DNA of 19,461 bases from Gemmatimonadaceae bacterium (lineage in GTDB: Bacteria > Gemmatimonadota > Gemmatimonadetes > Gemmatimonadales > Gemmatimonadaceae), in assembly GCA_044224875.1 (NCBI GenBank), contig JBGAJQ010000046.1, positions 21,689-41,149 on the forward strand, in the 5' to 3' direction. The notes beneath the pieces are model-generated. The model made no database searches. It worked only from the letters and a program-made list of their open reading frames with translations, and was not told where the DNA came from. The position numbers and the translations under genes are program-made. Of the stretch, positions 15,928-19,461 are shown one piece after another (within the stretch, counting starts at the first letter, position 1; each line of letters begins with the position of its first letter).

Positions 15928-15956
15928 ATACTAAGAGTCGAGCGCACGTCGAGCAA
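15928..15956 (-). promoter_or_regulatory. Putative sigma70-type promoter of the ATP-grasp/GNAT operon
   Basis: Minus strand TTGCTC-N17-TAGTAT. Confidence 0.55.
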
Positions 15957-15976
15957 CAGCAACAACACGAGTGGAT

Positions 15977-15996
15977 GCGGCGACTCGTCTCGCCGC
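15977..15996 (-). terminator. Hairpin downstream of thyX
   Basis: GCGGCGA-N6-TCGCCGC, 16 nt after the thyX stop; weak U tract. Confidence 0.4.
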
Positions 15997-16012
15997 CCTC
16001 CCTCCGTGTCGC

Positions 16013-16762
16013 TTACACTTTGTGGTAGGTCGTTCTCGCGGCCTCGTGACGATCTTCTGCCCGATAGACCTCGAAATCGGCGAACAGGCGCGGAGCCTCC
16101 TGCTGCATGGTGCGAATCAACGCGACAGCAAGTCGACGAATCTCCAACTCCGCCCCCTCTCCGGCACGCAATTCGAGCGTCGAACGCCAGGCCCGCACGT
16201 TGGCAGTGACCACGATCTTCGTTTCCGTGGAATTCGGGAGCACACCACGCGCTGCCTCACGCGCCATCTTCCGACGGTGAACGCGGTCGGGGACCCAGGC
16301 GTAGCGTTCCATCAACTTCTCAACCAAGGCGACATAGGTGCGCTGCGCGCCCTCTACCTGCTCGCGCCACATCCCCTCCAACTCCGCGTCGCCGATGATC
16401 GCCGGCGGCATGACGAAGTTCGCGGTGGATTCATCCACATACCGCTGGCTGAGCTGTGAAAACGCAAAACCTGCGCGATGCCGTACCAGTTCATGCGTCA
16501 GTGAACGGCTGATTCCCTCCAGCAGCACGGAATAATTGGCGTGTTCGAGCACGCTCCCGTGCGCCTGCTTCATGATGTTTTCCAGGTAATCCTGCGTCGA
16601 ACGGTTGGCAGGGTTTTTCTGGCTCATGTAGCAGAGCCGGCCCGCGAATTCTGCCAAACGCTCGCCATCCGTGCTCTCGCCAAGCCAGTTCACCGGCAAA
16701 TGGCCCGGTTCGGCGAACGCGGGCCGACTGATGACGGTGATTCGTGGCTCCGTGAAAATCAT
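16013..16762 (-). CDS. thyX: FAD-dependent thymidylate synthase
   Basis: AGRLCY, HGSVLEHA, SRSLTHELVRHR...SQLSQRY, REAARGVLPN...T...VTANVRAWR, EIR. Confidence 0.97.
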   Translation of the reverse strand: MIFTEPRITVISRPAFAEPGHLPVNWLGESTDGERLAEFAGRLCYMSQKNPANRSTQDYLENIMKQAHGSVLEHANYSVLLEGISRSLTHELVRHRAGFAFSQLSQRYVDESTANFVMPPAIIGDAELEGMWREQVEGAQRTYVALVEKLMERYAWVPDRVHRRKMAREAARGVLPNSTETKIVVTANVRAWRSTLELRAGEGAELEIRRLAVALIRTMQQEAPRLFADFEVYRAEDRHEAARTTYHKV

Positions 16763-16859
16763 GGCGATGGCTGGGAGAGTAGCAGCGAAAACGCGGTCGA
16801 CATTCGTTAGGTGTCGCTTCTGGAACGACCCGCCGCGCGGGAAATGTACCGCGCGAAAA

Positions 16860-18512
16860 CTACACTGACTCGTCCAGCATCTCCACCCGTGAGCGATGAT
16901 ACGCGCGCTCCCGCGACACGCGCTCGAGCACCCGCTGCACGCGCGCAGAGGGTGACGCCAGTCGGGGATCGTACTTGATCGTGCCCCAGCTCTGAGCGCC
17001 CTCGCGCCACACCTTCACGCCGGGATTGAGGATTCCAGCAGGATCAAAACACGCCTTCACCCTCTCGAATAACGACAATGCGTCAGCCGTCCAGAAGCGG
17101 TTCAGGAGTGGCGTACGCAACCGACCGTCGCCGTGCTCACCCGTGGGAGTGCCACCGAGGCTCGCCGTCAGCTCCATGATCTCGGCGAAGAGTCGGGCGA
17201 CCTGCGCCTTCCATTCAGGATTACGGACGTCTACCAGCGCGTTCACATGAACGTTTGCATCTGCCGCGTGCCCGAAAATCACCCCGCGTACGCCCACGTG
17301 GTCCAGGACGCGACGGACGCCCTGTACGTAGTCGGATAATCGTGACTGCGGCACGCAGGCATCCTCTACCAGCTGCATTGAGGCGATCGATGGGTCCAGG
17401 CGCGCGAGGATTGGTGATGCCGCGTGGCGGAGCGCCCAGAGTGCATCGGACGACTCGGGGTCCAGTCCCAACATCACCTGCGATGCGCCGGCGCTACGCG
17501 ATGCCCGCTCGAGCGCCTTCGCGCGTTCGATCAGCGGGCGTTCAGACGCTTCCCGCGGCATGTCCACATTCCAGCCTTGGATCTCCTCCTCGAGCTCGAT
17601 CAGCAAAACGGCTTCGTCCCCCAACTCCACGGGCAACGCTCCTCGCGTTCTGGCGACGTCGAGGAAGGTTCGGTCGAGCAACTCGCACGCCGACGCACCC
17701 GCCTCGGACGCCAGTGCTGCGCCGTGCACGGCCCCCTCGAGCGTCGGCCAGGAGACCAGGAGAGTGGCCGTTGCCACCGGAAGTTCGCAGAGCGCCAGTT
17801 CAACTTCCGTAAAAATCGCGAGCGTTCCTTCACTCCCAACCAACAGGTCCAGAAGGTCGCCCGTTCGCGCGAAGGCTTTCGCACCGTATCCACTGGAGTT
17901 CTTTCGCACGACCGCGGTCTCGATCGCCGCCGCGGATTTGCGTAGCGTCGCCGAAGCCTTGGCGAAACGACCCAGTACCTTGCTGGCGGTCGCGAGTGGC
18001 TCTCCTCGGCGGACCCAAGCCCGCGATCCGTCCGCAAAGACGCACTCGAGCCCACTCACCCACGTCCGCGTGGAACCGAACTTGAGCGTGCGCGCACCAG
18101 AGGCGTTGGTGCCAACCATCCCGCCCACCGTGCAAAAGGCGCCGCTCGATGGATCAACGGGAAAGCGCAGTCCGACTTCCTCCGCGGCGCGCGCCACTGC
18201 GCCGCGGGTGACATACGGACCGCAGCGGACAAGGCGCCGTGTTGCATCGACGATCGGCGGCTGATGGAGCAGGCTCAGGTCGACGACAACCGATTCGGTA
18301 AGGCAGCCGCCGGCCATGCTGCTCCCAGATCCGCGCGCCACCAACGGTGTAGCAGTCGTCGCTGCCCAATTGAGCAGTTTCTGAACATCCTCTGCGTCCA
18401 GTGGGGAAGCGACTGCCCGGGGAGTTATCCGGTGGATGGAGGCGCTCTCGGCGAAGACCGCGCGCGTGTCCTCGTCTTCTCGCCAGTGACCTCGAAACCC
18501 ATCTGGTCTCAT
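16860..18512 (-). CDS. FAD-linked oxidase (GlcD/D-lactate dehydrogenase-like, VAO family)
   Basis: RGSGSSMAG, FPVDPSS...CTVGGMVGTNASG, NSSGY, LLVGSEGTL, EDACVP, FGHA, GEHGDG, FDPAGILNPG. Start set to ATG 18512; uncertain. Confidence 0.88.
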   Translation of the reverse strand: MRPDGFRGHWREDEDTRAVFAESASIHRITPRAVASPLDAEDVQKLLNWAATTATPLVARGSGSSMAGGCLTESVVVDLSLLHQPPIVDATRRLVRCGPYVTRGAVARAAEEVGLRFPVDPSSGAFCTVGGMVGTNASGARTLKFGSTRTWVSGLECVFADGSRAWVRRGEPLATASKVLGRFAKASATLRKSAAAIETAVVRKNSSGYGAKAFARTGDLLDLLVGSEGTLAIFTEVELALCELPVATATLLVSWPTLEGAVHGAALASEAGASACELLDRTFLDVARTRGALPVELGDEAVLLIELEEEIQGWNVDMPREASERPLIERAKALERASRSAGASQVMLGLDPESSDALWALRHAASPILARLDPSIASMQLVEDACVPQSRLSDYVQGVRRVLDHVGVRGVIFGHAADANVHVNALVDVRNPEWKAQVARLFAEIMELTASLGGTPTGEHGDGRLRTPLLNRFWTADALSLFERVKACFDPAGILNPGVKVWREGAQSWGTIKYDPRLASPSARVQRVLERVSRERAYHRSRVEMLDESV

Positions 18513-18642
18513 GTGTGCACATTGTCCGGAGGTGCGACTCCCCGCAATCGCGGGTTCCCCTGCGCGTTGGTCTTGTCCATGGTGGGGCAATTGGGTAGGC
18601 TGCCCACACTATCGTACCGTCGCGTCACGCCGGGGGAATCCG

Positions 18643-19461
18643 ATGAGGTTGGTGCGGTCGTTAGGCCGTGCGGGTTGCTGGGGAATACTGGTCGCCGTCC
18701 TGGCGACTGGTGCCAGCACGCCCCTCCGTGCCCAGGCTGCCACAACCGCCAAACGCGTCGTCACTCCCTTTGCGGCTACGATCGCTCGGCTGTCGGAACC
18801 GAGTGGCTACTTCGACACCGACAATCTCATCTCGAACGAAACGTCGTACCTTCACGTCCTTCCTGCGCTACGCCAGATGGGGGTGACCGGCGGCGCATAC
18901 ATCGGAGTTGGCCCGGACCAGAACTACACGTATTTGGCGGCCATTCGCCCGCGCGTGGCCTACATCGTCGACATCCGGCGCGACAACCTCCTGCAACACC
19001 TGATGTTCAAGGCATTGTTCGCGCGTTCGCGAAACCGGATGGAGTTCCTTTGCCGTTGGCTCGGCCGAGTTCCGCCGCCTGACATCGCGTCATGGGACGC
19101 CCGACCCATTGCGGTCTTGCTCGACTGGGTGGACCGTCAACCCGCGAACGCCGCATTCGCCAAGACGGAGTCGGACGCCATTGTGGCGGCGGCTGTCGCT
19201 ACGGGCGTTCCCCTATCGGAGCAGGACGCCGCCACCATTCGGCGATTTCATGCCGCGTTCGTAAAGGACGGACTTCAACTTCGCTTCACCAGCTTCAACC
19301 GGGGTCCGCGCCCCTACTATCCCACGCTCGAGCGACTCATCGTCGAGAAGGACCCGAATGGGAAGCAGGCCTCCTACTTAGCGAACGAGGAGGACTGGCG
19401 CTTCGTGAAAGGCCTGCACGCCAGCGATCGCATCATCCCAGTCGTCGGCAACTTCGCTGGG
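18643..19461 (+). CDS. Secreted hypothetical protein with possible SAM-methyltransferase-like fold; runs off the window
   Basis: Hand-translated, absent from the ORF track: MRLVRSLGRAGCWGILVAVLATGASTPLRAQ...LSEPSGYFDTDNLISNETSYLHV...GGAYIGVGPDQNYTYLAAIRPRVAYIVDIRRDNLLQHLMFKALF; GGGGG upstream of the ATG. Confidence 0.8.
   Translation, partial: MRLVRSLGRAGCWGILVAVLATGASTPLRAQAATTAKRVVTPFAATIARLSEPSGYFDTDNLISNETSYLHVLPALRQMGVTGGAYIGVGPDQNYTYLAAIRPRVAYIVDIRRDNLLQHLMFKALFARSRNRMEFLCRWLGRVPPPDIASWDARPIAVLLDWVDRQPANAAFAKTESDAIVAAAVATGVPLSEQDAATIRRFHAAFVKDGLQLRFTSFNRGPRPYYPTLERLIVEKDPNGKQASYLANEEDWRFVKGLHASDRIIPVVGNFAG

Noticed and set aside
18264..19082. ORFs 18264..19082 and 18668..18886
   Set aside because: Alternative frames of the real gene starting at 18643.

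Overview
High-GC bacterial chromosomal window. The gene types (small TonB-plug-like lipoprotein, DUF2911 protein, WG-repeat propeller lipoprotein) suggest Gemmatimonadota, which is an inference. In order it holds a 3'-truncated REC-PAS-PAS signalling gene, a lipoprotein, a type-B carboxylesterase broken by two frameshifts, a DUF2911 protein and an orphan OmpR-family regulator. Next is a ~200-nt highly structured, pseudoknot-prone non-coding leader ahead of a 179-aa protein with a HicB-like N-terminus, then a divergent EF-G paralogue (EF-G II type) and an Ig + 14-repeat beta-propeller lipoprotein. The right half has a cupredoxin plus His-rich helical protein pair behind an ECF-type promoter, a small lipoprotein, a coupled ATP-grasp/ATP-grasp/GNAT operon, thyX, an FAD-linked oxidase and a 3'-truncated secreted protein. 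I saw no rRNA, tRNA, CRISPR array or transposase. The best candidates for something new are the structured RNA with its downstream ORF (5890-6700), the non-canonical ATP-grasp/GNAT operon and the copper module.
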